A DNA stretch of 63,462 nucleotides, counting the filler, from Octopus bimaculoides (taxonomy: Eukaryota): the NCBI RefSeq assembly GCF_001194135.2. It is 5 parts of 4 records of this genome, joined end to end, with 100 filler letters (N's around TTAATTAATTAA, not from the genome) between each part and the next. Parts side by side here need not be neighbours in the genome. Positions count along the whole stretch, not along the records: positions 1 to 9,990 come from NC_068983.1; positions 10,091 to 27,124 come from NC_068992.1; 3 more parts are not named here. The stretch is one strand, 5' to 3'. Shown one piece after another: positions 1-10,107 of the stretch. A program made the translations under genes and the position numbers. Within the stretch, counting starts at the first letter, position 1. Each line of letters opens with the position of its first letter. Under the pieces are notes generated by a model, which was not told the DNA's origin, did no database searches, and saw only the letters and a list, made by a program, of their open reading frames with translations.

Positions 1-17
1 ATATATACACATTTATA

Positions 18-300
18 TCATCATGATTTAGCATCCATTTTCCATGGGTTAGACTGTTTAACTGGAACTGGTATGCTGGAGAGCTGCACCAGGCTCCAGT
101 TTGTTTTGGCTCGGTTTCTATGTCTGATACCATGGAAACCCACCACTCCACAGAGCCTACTGGGTGCCTTTAATGCATCACTGACATTGATGCCTCTGAT
201 GTGTCACCAGCATGGGTACCTTTTACATGTTACTGGCACAGGTGCCTTCTATGTGTCGCCAACAGTGGCACCTTCTATGTTTCACCAGCATTGGCTATGA
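18..300 (-). mobile_element. Degenerate 3' tail of an RTE-type LINE/SINE
   Basis: Opens with catcatcatgatttagcatccattttccatggg, the reverse complement of a (GAT)n-tailed RTE-type end; family assigned by recalled resemblance only. Confidence 0.45.
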
Positions 301-702
301 CTATGATTTCACATATATAACATGTATGCACATGCACACATATAATCTACATGTGTGTGAGATAGTATGTTGTATGTGTACACTTGGTTTTTGCTTATTT
401 GTTTTCTTTTTCTTTTCTTTTTTCTACTCTCTATTCTTTTTCTCCTTTTCCTCTCCTATTTCTTTTTTTGTCCCCTTTGTTTTATTCTCTCTATTTCAAA
501 TCTTTTTCTATTTTTCTCAGTTTATATGTAAGATTTTTTGTAAAGTAGCAGTTTTATGGGCCACAAGACATTACTCTGGGACTTTATAAGGTTTACTCGC
601 AAATGTGACATGCACCCCCCACCCACACAGACATACACATATTTTTACAATGTATACATACATTATTTACATTTGATGGATATTTGTCCTCATCTTCTTC
701 GT

Positions 703-750
703 TGTTAACATGTTTCAGCTGATATACCCTCCAGCCTTCATCAGGTGCCT
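703..750 (-). ncRNA. Minimal type I hammerhead ribozyme motif, left arm, partly decayed
   Basis: Minus strand reads ggcac-CTGATGA-a-ggctg-gagggtatat-cagct-GAAA-catgtt: core intact, stem II closes with a G.U pair, stem III/I side appears to carry a short deletion. Confidence 0.7.
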
Positions 751-810
751 TGGGGAAATTTCGAACTTGGATACTCATTTCTAAGGTATTTTTCGATGTT
801 ATTATCATCG

Positions 811-841
<31 letters not shown>

Positions 842-859
842 CATTATTATTATTATTCA

Positions 860-931
860 GGTCACTGCCTGGAATCAAACTCGGAGTCTTGGAGTTAGTG
901 ACCTACGCTCTTAACCACTACGCCATATGCC
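860..931 (-). promoter_or_regulatory. tRNA-derived Pol III head (A and B boxes), left unit
   Basis: Minus strand has A box TGGCGTAGTGG and B-box-like GTTTGATTCC; acceptor stem does not pair, so not a functional tRNA. Confidence 0.7.
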
Positions 932-935
932 CACT

Positions 936-1008
936 GGCATATGGCGTAATGGTTAAGGGTGTGGGCCACTAACACCAAGATTCCAAGTTCGATTCCAGGC
1001 AGTGTCCT
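936..1008 (+). promoter_or_regulatory. tRNA-derived Pol III head (A and B boxes), right unit
   Basis: A box TGGCGTAATGG (942-952), B box GTTCGATTCC (987-996), tRNA-like spacing. Confidence 0.7.
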
Positions 1009-1025
1009 GAAGAATAATAATGATG

Positions 1026-1067
<42 letters not shown>

Positions 1068-1113
1068 TCGAAAAATACCTTAGGAATGAGAACTCAGGTT
1101 CGAAATTTCCCCA

Positions 1114-1160
1114 AGACACCTGATAAAAGCTGGAGGGTATATCAGCTGAAACATGCTAAC
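1114..1160 (+). ncRNA. Hammerhead motif, right arm, core mutated
   Basis: agacac-CTGATAA-a-agctg-gagggtatat-cagct-GAAA-catgct: CTGATGA changed to CTGATAA (G8), stem II AGCTG/CAGCT intact. Confidence 0.6.
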
Positions 1161-1679
1161 AACAAACATGATGAGGACAAATATCTGTCAAATGTAAATA
1201 ATGTACATAATTCCTCATCGCTTAAATATAGAACTGTAATATATACATACTATGTAATTTAGCCTATTTATTGATATGCATATAAATACAGAACGTGTGC
1301 ATATATATATATATATATTTATGCATGCATATATATGTATTATATAGTCTATGGATCTTCCTATCTACCCACCAACTTACCAATCTACTTACATGAATAT
1401 ACTCACATACACACACAAACACATATATTATTATTTACACAATACATTATTATAGATCCATTTCAACTGATTTTACCAGTCAGTTTTGTACATGAGAGCT
1501 TGTGACTGGGCTGAGTGATCCCTTAAAATCGTGAACGTGTACATATATATGTATGCATTTGTAAGTAAAATGTTGAGTGTCATAAATCTTGTGCCAAACT
1601 CTCAGACTTTGGTAGTGAGAAGTACTAATGATGGAAGCTTTAATGTTTATGCATAATGTGGTGTCTACAAGTATCAGGG

Positions 1680-2160
1680 CACATATTTTTTTTCATGTAG
1701 GCAGGATCAGAAAATCATGCTTTTGCAGTTTAGGTAGGTATCCTGGTGAAGAGAGACATTAGTATAATTCTTTTTTCCTTCAAGCATAGCCTGCACTTCC
1801 TACTTCTACAGACGTAAGGCGTGTGCCTCTCCAATATTCACCACTTGATGCTGTAATCTGTGGTGTTTTCTTTCAACAGCCATATATACCTAGCCTGGGC
1901 TGTGATACTTCACGTCTCCAGAAAATCAAAGGAGTATTTGTGGTTGTTAAATCTGATAGTGAAAGGATGTTATGCCATGCCCACATATCGCAGCCCAACT
2001 GTCTACCTGCTGAGATACTCTTATATCATGTCCACTTCATATATCTATGGTGGTTTATGTGCTGCATTTACCATTAAGAGAGCCATTGCCTACCAGCCCT
2101 TCTGGTAAGCGCCAAGACAAGGTTTTCCCCCATACTTTTGTATGCAAAGCCGATTGATAA
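1680..2160 (-). pseudogene. Penelope-like element GIY-YIG endonuclease fragment
   Basis: Minus translation with stops: ..GKC..RYVGMA*HPFTIRFNNHKYSF..ARYIWLLKENTTDYSIKW*IL..SRKCRLCLKEKRIIL..YLNCKS, typical of a PLE endonuclease C-terminus. Confidence 0.85.
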
Positions 2161-2168
2161 AATTAGCT

Positions 2169-2212
<44 letters not shown>

Positions 2213-2224
2213 NNNNNNNNNNGT

Positions 2225-2256
<32 letters not shown>

Positions 2257-2834
2257 TTGTGTGTGAATGTTTGTGCATGTGTATGTGTGAATGAAAAAAC
2301 TTTTAGCTGTCACATGCAATTGGGGATGACATTAAGGATGTCAGAACTATGATCTTGTATGTATGAATGGATGGGAAAATGCATACATGCATGCATTTGT
2401 TTATTCCTTTTATTCTGCATTTCCGTACTAACACAGGTTAGATGATTACATGTTATTCAGACATTATTTTATAGTTTGAATTCCAATCCTGTCATTAACA
2501 CATTCCTGTTATTCAATTAAGGGAGAATTCAGTTTACGTGTCTTTGAAAGCAATGAGTTATGTGATTTGCTGACCAGGAAATAAGAATAAACATGAATGA
2601 CCAGCAAATAACCAGCAAATAACCATCTATAACTATTACAAGTACACAGACACAGACACACAGACACACACAGCTTAGCTAGCTGAAACTTCAAAGTCAT
2701 TGTCAATAGTATTTTTGTTAAGTAATACAATTTTGTATTCTACCGTATGTAGTCAGTAATCCTTCAATTTAATGTAAAATTGTTTTATTATAACATGAAA
2801 ACAAACATTAATGTGTGTGTGTGTGCATGTGCAT

Positions 2835-2874
<40 letters not shown>

Positions 2875-3074
2875 GTATGTATAGATGCATAATAATTTCA
2901 TTTCAGGTGTTAACCCTCGGGGATGCTTTATTAAGATCATCCACTGGTACAGGCAATCAAACAGAGAGTAATCCAGAGATTGTTTTATTTTAAAGGAAGA
3001 CTGCAAATGAATGGCACCACTTGTATGATGGTAATGTTTATTTACAATGCACATATGACAACCCCCCCACACAC

Positions 3075-3200
3075 ACACCTGTGATTATCTTCTTCCAGTT
3101 TCTGTCTTGAAAACCTACACCCAAGGCTTTGGCCAACCCAGAGCTATAGTAGAAGACACAACTATCCTCGGTGTCCTACAGTAGCAGTGAACCCAATAGC
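3075..3200 (-). mobile_element. CORE-like tRNA SINE, 5' fragment
   Basis: Reverse complement of gtgtcttctactatagc..ggccaaagccttg, shared with the copy at 3563. Confidence 0.7.
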
Positions 3201-3209
3201 ACACAATTC

Positions 3210-3420
3210 ATGAAACAATGGAAACCAAGGGACAACAAAATCCTGTACAGTATCAAATTGAAGGTCTTTGAGATAGTATAGTCATGCGTGAATATTTCAA
3301 AGAAATGCAACCTTTGAATAGCAGAAAGAACATATATCCTACTAAAATCAAAGATCCACAACAACTATTTAAATTCCAGAACTGAGGTTTTCTCTAAGGA
3401 CTGAAATTTTTTTCGAGTAA
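3210..3420 (+). pseudogene. Second Penelope-like GIY-YIG C-terminal fragment
   Basis: Translates as ..ILYSIKLKVFEIV*..SKKCNL*IAERTYILLKS..YLNSRTEVFSK. Confidence 0.7.
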
Positions 3421-3562
3421 GGCAAGTCATATAACAAAAATCTTTGTAAACTTGAAAGATGCAAATGAAGTGTTGACAGGAGAATTGACAACGAAAATAC
3501 CACTTACAACTTGCAATATTCCTAGTGCACAAATATAAACGAACAAAACTTACACAGACAAA

Positions 3563-3723
3563 CAGGAGAGGCTGTGTGGTAAGTAGCTTGCTTACCAACC
3601 ACATGGTTCCGGGTTCATTCCCGCTGCATGGCATCTTGGGCAAGTGTCTTCTACTATAGCCTCGGGCCGACCAAAGCCTTGTGAGTGGATTTGGTAGACA
3701 GAAACTGAAAGAAGCCTGTCGTA

Positions 3724-3780
<57 letters not shown>

Positions 3781-4000
3781 GTATGTGTGTGTATATGTTT
3801 GTGTGTCTGTGTTTGTCGCCCCAACATCGCTTGACAACCGATGCTGGCGTGTTTACATCCCCGTTACTTAGCGGTTCGGCAAAAGAGACCGATAGAATAA
3901 GTACTAGGCTTCCAAAGAATAAGTCCTGGGGTCGATTTGCTCGACTAAAGGCGGTGCTCCAGCATGGCCACAGTCAAGTGGCTGAAACAAGTAAAAGAGT
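3563..4000 (+). mobile_element. Full-length CORE-like tRNA-derived SINE (young, CpG-rich) with internal (TA)n
   Basis: tRNA head (tgtggtaag..ggttccgggttcattccc), CORE-like ttgggcaagtgtcttctactatagcc, tail ending aacaagtaaaagag; related copies at 3075, 4083, 5725 and 49765. Confidence 0.9.
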
Positions 4001-4082
4001 ATATGCATACAGAGGCATACACACACACACACGTGTACGTAGATATACACACATTTACATAAATATGCACACACATACAATT

Positions 4083-4230
4083 AGCTTGTTTTGGTTTCCG
4101 TCAATCAAATTCACTAAGAAGGCTTTGGTCGCAAGGTTATCAAAAAGAGACACTCGCCCAAGATGCCATGCAATAAAACTGAACCTGGAACCTTGTGGTT
4201 GGGGAGCAGATTTCTGAATCGCACAGCTGC
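4083..4230 (-). mobile_element. CORE-like SINE 5' part, inverted relative to the 3563 copy
   Basis: Reverse complement of the head and CORE segment (gacactcgcccaagatgccatgc..gaacctggaacc). Confidence 0.75.
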
Positions 4231-5079
4231 TGAGTGAAAAGATAAAGGAAACCAGAAATCAAAAGCAAATTTTATGCAAGTTTACTACAGAACAAATAAT
4301 TAGAGTTTACAGATTTCATGTTTGGCAAAGAAACTCCACTTTTGCTAATTCACTATCTCTTGTATAATTCAATATTTTGGATTTCTAAACAGTGTTAAGA
4401 TATGCCAGCATATTTTTTGGTAGTTTCAAATGTTAAAGAATAAATCTAATTCTTAGCAATTTCTCCATGAAATATGCTGTCAAAGAATTAGAGGCAGATA
4501 GAATAATCAAACAATTTCATTTCATGTCAAGTTAATACATACATACTTAGAATATATACACTTACTCGTGTCATAAATATGTAAATATATGTAACTAAAT
4601 AAATAGGTGGGTAACTGAATAAATGAAATAATATGCAGAAAAAAGACACCTAATTAAATCAATGAAATAGATAATCAATAAGTTAGAATAAATCCTTAAA
4701 TAAATGCAATCTAAGAAAGGTATTCTTGCTAACCTACCTCTAAACATGAGCAAGCACTCAAGCAGCATAAATTCTTGTTTATTTGTGCATTAAAATATAC
4801 CGCAATATACATATAAATCTATGCATTTATATAGAGACACTTATACACATATATATACATATGCTTATACATATATACAAGTACACACAGACAGACATAC
4901 ACATATGTATATACAGTACACTTACATTTGCATACACACACACATATATACATACATACATATACATACCTGTCTACATACACAAGCATACATATATAAA
5001 TAAGCAAACACCCAAACATACACACCCCTATTTACACCCATGTTCATTCATATACATGTATGCATACGTATATTCATAT

Positions 5080-5670
5080 AGGAAAAACGTTATCATCATT
5101 AATTGTAACTGAACATGCCAAAGCACCTATACTGCAATAAATAAAGTTAAAAACACTTAACGGTGAAACTGACAGGGGAGATAACAGCCTGTGAGCATCT
5201 TTAGGATCACTAGACTAGACTAGTTTCAGTATCACTTGCAAGCTCATCAGTAATGACTATTCAAACACTCAGTGGTTTGGCTAAATCCAGCTGTCAGTAT
5301 ATATATTTTTACCATAAAAATTTATGGCTGATTTAGCAAAATGCTAATATGTTTGTTAAAAATTAATATAAACAGCTAGGTGCAATATAATACCATAAAG
5401 GAAAAATGTTATCATGACTAATTGTGACAGAGGGTGTGAAGCACCTATATTACTAGAAATAAGAGTTAAAAACTCTTAATGCTGTAAGAAGTGCACCATA
5501 TATATATATACAATGACAGAGGAGATAACCACCCCATGAGGATCTCTAGGATCATTAGACTAGACTAGTTTTGGCTATCAGTTGTAGGCTTGTTGGTAGT
5601 GACTACTCAAATGCTTGATAATTTTGGCTAAATCCAGCTGTCAGTATATATTTTTTTGCCATAAAAACTA
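5080..5670. repeat. Old tandem duplication, ~250 bp units (5080-5325 and 5399-5670)
   Basis: Colinear shared blocks aggaaaaa-gttatcat, aagcacctata, tagactagactagttt, tttggctaaatccagctgtcagtatatat. Confidence 0.8.
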
Positions 5671-5724
5671 ATTCATATTCATATATGTGTATATGTATAG
5701 AAATCTATATGAAATCTACAGATC

Positions 5725-5939
5725 TGGTTGTATGGTAAGAAATTTGCTTTCCAACCACATGGTTTTGGGTTCAGCCCCACTGCATAGCACCTTGGGTAAA
5801 TGTCTTCTACCATAACCTCAGGCTGACCAAAGCCTTGTGAGTGGATTTTGTAGATGGAAACTGAAAGCATCTTGCTGAATATATATATACAAACATATAT
5901 ATATACACACACACATATATGTGCATGTGCGTGCATGTG

Positions 5940-5970
<31 letters not shown>

Positions 5971-6185
5971 ATTTAGGTCTGTGTTTGTCCCCCCACCACT
6001 GCTTGGCAACAGGTGTTGGCATATTTATGTCCCTGTAACTTAGCAGTTTAGCAAAACAGACTGATAGAATAAGTACAAGGCTTAAAAACAAGAATGAATC
6101 CTGGGTGTCGATTTGTTCAACTGAAACTTTCAAGGCAGTGCCCCAACATGTCTGCAGTCAAATGACTGAAGCAAGTAAAAATAGG
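5725..6185 (+). mobile_element. CORE-like SINE, CpG-decayed copy
   Basis: Colinear with 3563-4000; most CG positions are TG or CA. Confidence 0.9.
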
Positions 6186-6566
6186 AAACAGAAAACACAT
6201 GTAATCTTTATATGTTCAGATTTAATGCTAATGTTCAGAACAGTTTGCATATTCAAATACAGGTATACCTTAATACTTTAGCATTTAAACCCTTCATATC
6301 AGACCAAAAAACAGCAAAGACATCAGAAAGGTTGGCATACTTGAATGAAAGAATAACAACATGATGGAAATTGCATGATGATATGGGGTGGTGTTGTGTA
6401 TGGGAGATAAGGGCAAAAATAGGTGTTAACAGGCAATAGAAATGGCCTGGAGGAGGGAGAGTGATGGCTGCAAGTAGAAAAGTTTGATGTTAGAGTGCAT
6501 TTGCTGTGTACATACAGTCTGATGCAGTCTCATATCCATGAACTAGAGATGGAAGATTATGAGAGA

Positions 6567-6647
6567 GAGAGGCAGGAGAATGACAAAGAGAGGCAGGGGA
6601 ATGACAAAGAGAGGCAGGAGAGTGACAAAGAGAGGTAGGAGAGTGAA
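6567..6647 (+). repeat. 21-bp minisatellite, about 4 units (gagaggcaggagaatgacaaa)
   Basis: Direct tandem units visible. Confidence 0.85.
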
Positions 6648-6734
6648 CCAGGTATGCAATAGGTAGTTGAGAGGGGGTAACAAGAGAAGTGGATGGCAAA
6701 TGTAGGTTTGCCTGGATACAAAGCATTTCAGCCT

Positions 6735-7060
6735 CATGCTACTATCATTATGCTAGACAACGTTTTTGACATGGATGGTCAGGTCTTCTGCAACAACATG
6801 CATTGTGAATTTGTATAGTCCTTTGTCATCTCTTCTTGGAAATGTAACATCTTCAGATCATTTGTTATCACTTTGTCTCAGACCTTTCCTGTTCTTTCTC
6901 TTTCAAAAGTTCTACAAACTTGGAGGGATTGGTATTTCCTTATGCAACATTTATCCTTCAAACATGTCACTTGCTCACACCAGTGCAGTCAGCTCTTTTC
7001 TACTCTACACCTGATGACATGTACTTTTGAGATCAGATCCAATAGTGGCTGTGTGAGTTA
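6735..7060 (-). pseudogene. RTE-clade LINE ORF C-terminal fragment
   Basis: Minus translation resembles an RTE end: IRCRVEKS*LHWCEQV..KCCIRK..; ERTGKV*DKVITNDLKMLH..EEMTKD. Confidence 0.65.
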
Positions 7061-7458
7061 ATGTCTTTTACAAAAGCCCTGGGCCAGCTTAGTTAATTTA
7101 GTTGATGGCAAGCGAATGAAGCCCATCACACATACATACACAGATATGTGTGTGTGTGTGTGTGTGTGTGAGTGTGCATGTACATCTGGGATTGATTGTG
7201 TTTCTTTATATTTCACTTTTCTGTAAATAATGAGTCACAAGTGGTGGTGGTGTTGTCATTGCTCTTGTCACCAAATCATCCACTGGTATTTTGCCATCAA
7301 AGACAAATGAAGTAAGTGATCTCTTGAAAAATAAGGAAGGATTAACTACAGGGAGGGTATACAGCTGGAAAACAATGACTAAATAATTTATTCAACCCAC
7401 TCATAGCAGCTAGTAGCAAAAGCATGTAAAAAGTATCACACACAGATATTCATATGTG

Positions 7459-7497
<39 letters not shown>

Positions 7498-7787
7498 ATA
7501 TATTGCACATGCACATATGCATATACACACACACATATATATATATACACAAATGATAAGAAGACAAAGAAAATTCTTTCTTTGCCTTCTTCTTATCATT
7601 TGGATTATATTTGGATTCTTCGCCAACCTGCACTTTATGGTGTAATCATTGTGAAAGTTGGATTTTCTACACGGAAGGAATTCCATCTTTGACCTGGAAC
7701 TTGACAGTGTTGCTAGCCCAGTATTTGGATCAAGTGCTTCCCTTGAAATACCCTCACTTTACACCGTACCAGGACTTATATATATAT

Positions 7788-7920
7788 ACTGCAGTTCAGT
7801 TCAGTCCTCTTCTCCATTGATAATTTTCTGGAGCTTGGAGTCATCAGCAAATATTTTCACTTTGCTGTGTTTTATGATGCTGCAAATGTTGTTTATATAT
7901 ACTATAAAGAGAAGCGGCCC
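7788..7920 (-). repeat. Inverted near-identical copy of the CR1 RT segment 8672-8805
   Basis: GPLLFIVYINNICSIIKHSKVKIFADDSKLQKIINGEED*; about 5 differences over ~133 bp. Confidence 0.9.
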
Positions 7921-8279
7921 CCCCCCCCTATAATTACCCTTGTAATATACAACCCTACTAAGCTTTGGTATATATTCTGGTAATTGATATTTATATTTAA
8001 GTGTATTTTGTACATGAGTGTCTGAATGACTGCANNNNNNNNNNNNNNNNNNNNNNNNNNNNNNNNNNNNNNNNNNNNNNNNNNNNNNNNNNNNNNNNNN
8101 NNNNNNNNNNNNNNNNNNNNNNNNNNNNNNNNNNNNNNNNNNNNNNNNNNNNNNNNNNNNNNNNNNNNNNNNNNNNNNNNNNNNNNNNNNNNNNNNNNNN
8201 NNNNNNNNNNNNNNNNNNNNNNNNNNNNNNNNNNNNNNNNNNNNNNNNNNNNTATATATATATATATATATATATATAC

Positions 8280-8430
8280 CGGAGTAAGCACATAAAATGT
8301 GCAACAAAGTGGAAAAAAGAGTACTCAGATACCAGAGGTAGAGTAATATGCTTTATTTAAAAGCAGCAGAAATATAACAAAAGACTGTTACTCGGAGTTT
8401 CATGTTCCCGGTCATCGGACAGTTTTGTTA
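8280..8430 (-). mobile_element. Penelope-type pLTR end containing a minimal hammerhead
   Basis: Contains the HHR motif at 8384-8423; Penelope assignment rests on that association. Confidence 0.5.
8384..8423 (-). ncRNA. Minimal type I hammerhead motif (U4C core variant)
   Basis: Minus strand ACTGT-CCGATGA-ccg-ggaa-cat-GAA-ACTC-c-GAGT-A-ACAGT: 5-bp stem I, 4-bp stem III with 1-nt loop, GUA cleavage triplet, stem II decayed. Confidence 0.65.
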
Positions 8431-8629
8431 GAAATGGGAAAGAAATGACAATGCAATCAAAAGTAATATAAAATTTGAAACACATAGATCTGTTTGATTG
8501 GTTGTTTCAAGTAACGGTTACGGATGTGCAATGAACAAAACAAATGAATTTAATATAGATTCATCCTATTATATATATATATATTATATGTATTTATATA
8601 TTATATGCATTTGTATGTATATATTATAT

Positions 8630-9710
8630 ATACAGCAAAGTCACCAGTGGTGTACCTCAGGGAACTGTATTGGGCCCGCTTCTCTTTATAGTATATATAA
8701 ACAACATTTGCAGCATCATAAAACAGAGCAAAGCGAAAATATTTGCTGATGACTCCAAGCTCCAGAAAATTATCAATGGAGAAGAAGATTGAACTGAACT
8801 GCAGTCTGATCTACATGCTGTGAGTCAATGGGCAGATAAAAACAAAATGCAATTAAATGAGGGACAATTTTATGCTGATGCATTTTGGAAGAAAGACTAT
8901 GCTAAAACAGCCATACTCTCTTCCTTCAGAGGAACCACTCACAACATCTAATAATATCAGAAATCTAGGAGTAATTGTTGACAACAATCTCAGCTGGAAT
9001 GTCTACATCAACAATAAGGTTGATATAGCTTGTAGGGTGAGCTCCTGAATCCTAAGTACCTTCCAGTCCAAGGTGCAAGTTGTCATCATTCCACTTTTCT
9101 CCAGGCCACACCTTGAATACTGCTGCCCTCTGTAGTCTCTCCATACAAAACAAAACATTTCAAAAAGTGAATCACCCTAAAGGGCATTCACTAAAAGAAT
9201 TAAGGGCATGACTGATCTCGATTACTGGGACTGCCTTAAGGTATTGAAACTCTATTCTCTCCAGCAATGCCGTAAGTGATACATCATTTGCACGATATGG
9301 AGAATATACCACCAGCATTGTCCAAACAACCTCAACATTAGCTTCAAAATTCATCCAAGGCTAGGACGATGGGCCATACATCCCCTACCCAATTCAGAAT
9401 CACAATTCATAAATACACTGCAACACAATTTCTTTTCCTCAACAGGCCCTGCCCTATTTAACATTGTCCTGAAACAGGTCAAAAAGGAACCCATCACCTT
9501 TAAATGGAATCTGGACAAATTTCTTCAAGGAATACCAGATAAGCCACTTATACCTGGCTACAACTCACTAAACAAGAACTCCCTACTCAAATGAACCATG
9601 ATACCACAAAACTTGACTTTAAAAGGATTTAGCTAATCCTATCAGGTGGTGCTGTTAAGTTAAACATGGCCTAGACTAATCTTTGGTCGAAACATATCTA
9701 AGTTATATAT
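8630..9710 (+). pseudogene. CR1-clade LINE, 3' RT region and tail, 5'-truncated and disrupted
   Basis: SGVPQGTVLGPLLFIVYINN..IFADDSKL..LGVIVDNNLSW..RPHLEYCCP..AFTKRIKGMTDLDYWDCLK, with stops and frameshifts. Confidence 0.92.
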
Positions 9711-9786
9711 ATATATATATATATACATATATATATGGAGAGGGAGAAAGAAAGATATATACATATATATATATATAGGTGTGTAC

Positions 9787-9990
9787 ATGAGCTTTGATGT
9801 AGTAAGCCTATACACAAATATCCCACATGATTTAGGAATAAAGGCGATTGAATACTGGGTAAACAAACACAGAGAAGCAATTCCCAACAGGTACACGGTG
9901 ACATTTATACTAGAATCAGTGAGACTTATCCTGGAAAATAATACTCTCTTCTTCAATGGTAAGAACCATATCCAAATTAAAGGCACGGCT
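9787..9990 (+). pseudogene. Penelope-like reverse transcriptase fragment running into a gap
   Basis: SFDVVSLYTNIPHDLGIKAIEYW..ILENNTLFFNGKNHIQIKGTA matches PLE RT motifs (DV.SLYTNIP; Q..GTAMG). Confidence 0.92.
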
Positions 9991-10107
9991 NNNNNNNNNN
10001 NNNNNNNNNNNNNNNNNNNNNNNNNNNNNNNNNNTTAATTAATTAANNNNNNNNNNNNNNNNNNNNNNNNNNNNNNNNNNNNNNNNNNNNTATATATATA
10101 TATATAT

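Larger units (their letters stand above)
659..1204. mobile_element. Palindromic non-autonomous retroelement: two head-to-head units of tRNA-like head + (AAT)n + Penelope-type hammerhead tail
   Basis: 659-931 is the reverse complement of 936-1204 with a 4-nt loop (cact, 932-935); arms differ mostly by CpG-type transitions and microsatellite length. Confidence 0.9.

Noticed and set aside
860-1008. Two tRNA genes
   Set aside because: A/B boxes are present but the acceptor stem does not pair and both heads run into SINE bodies
1700-1732. Small exon with good acceptor and donor
   Set aside because: Lies within the antisense of the Penelope endonuclease fragment and cannot be joined in frame to the next candidate exon
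10035-10046. TTAATTAATTAA inside N-runs (also 27169, 34534 and 60038)
   Set aside because: An identical all-frame-stop 12-mer embedded in gaps; an assembly linker, not biology
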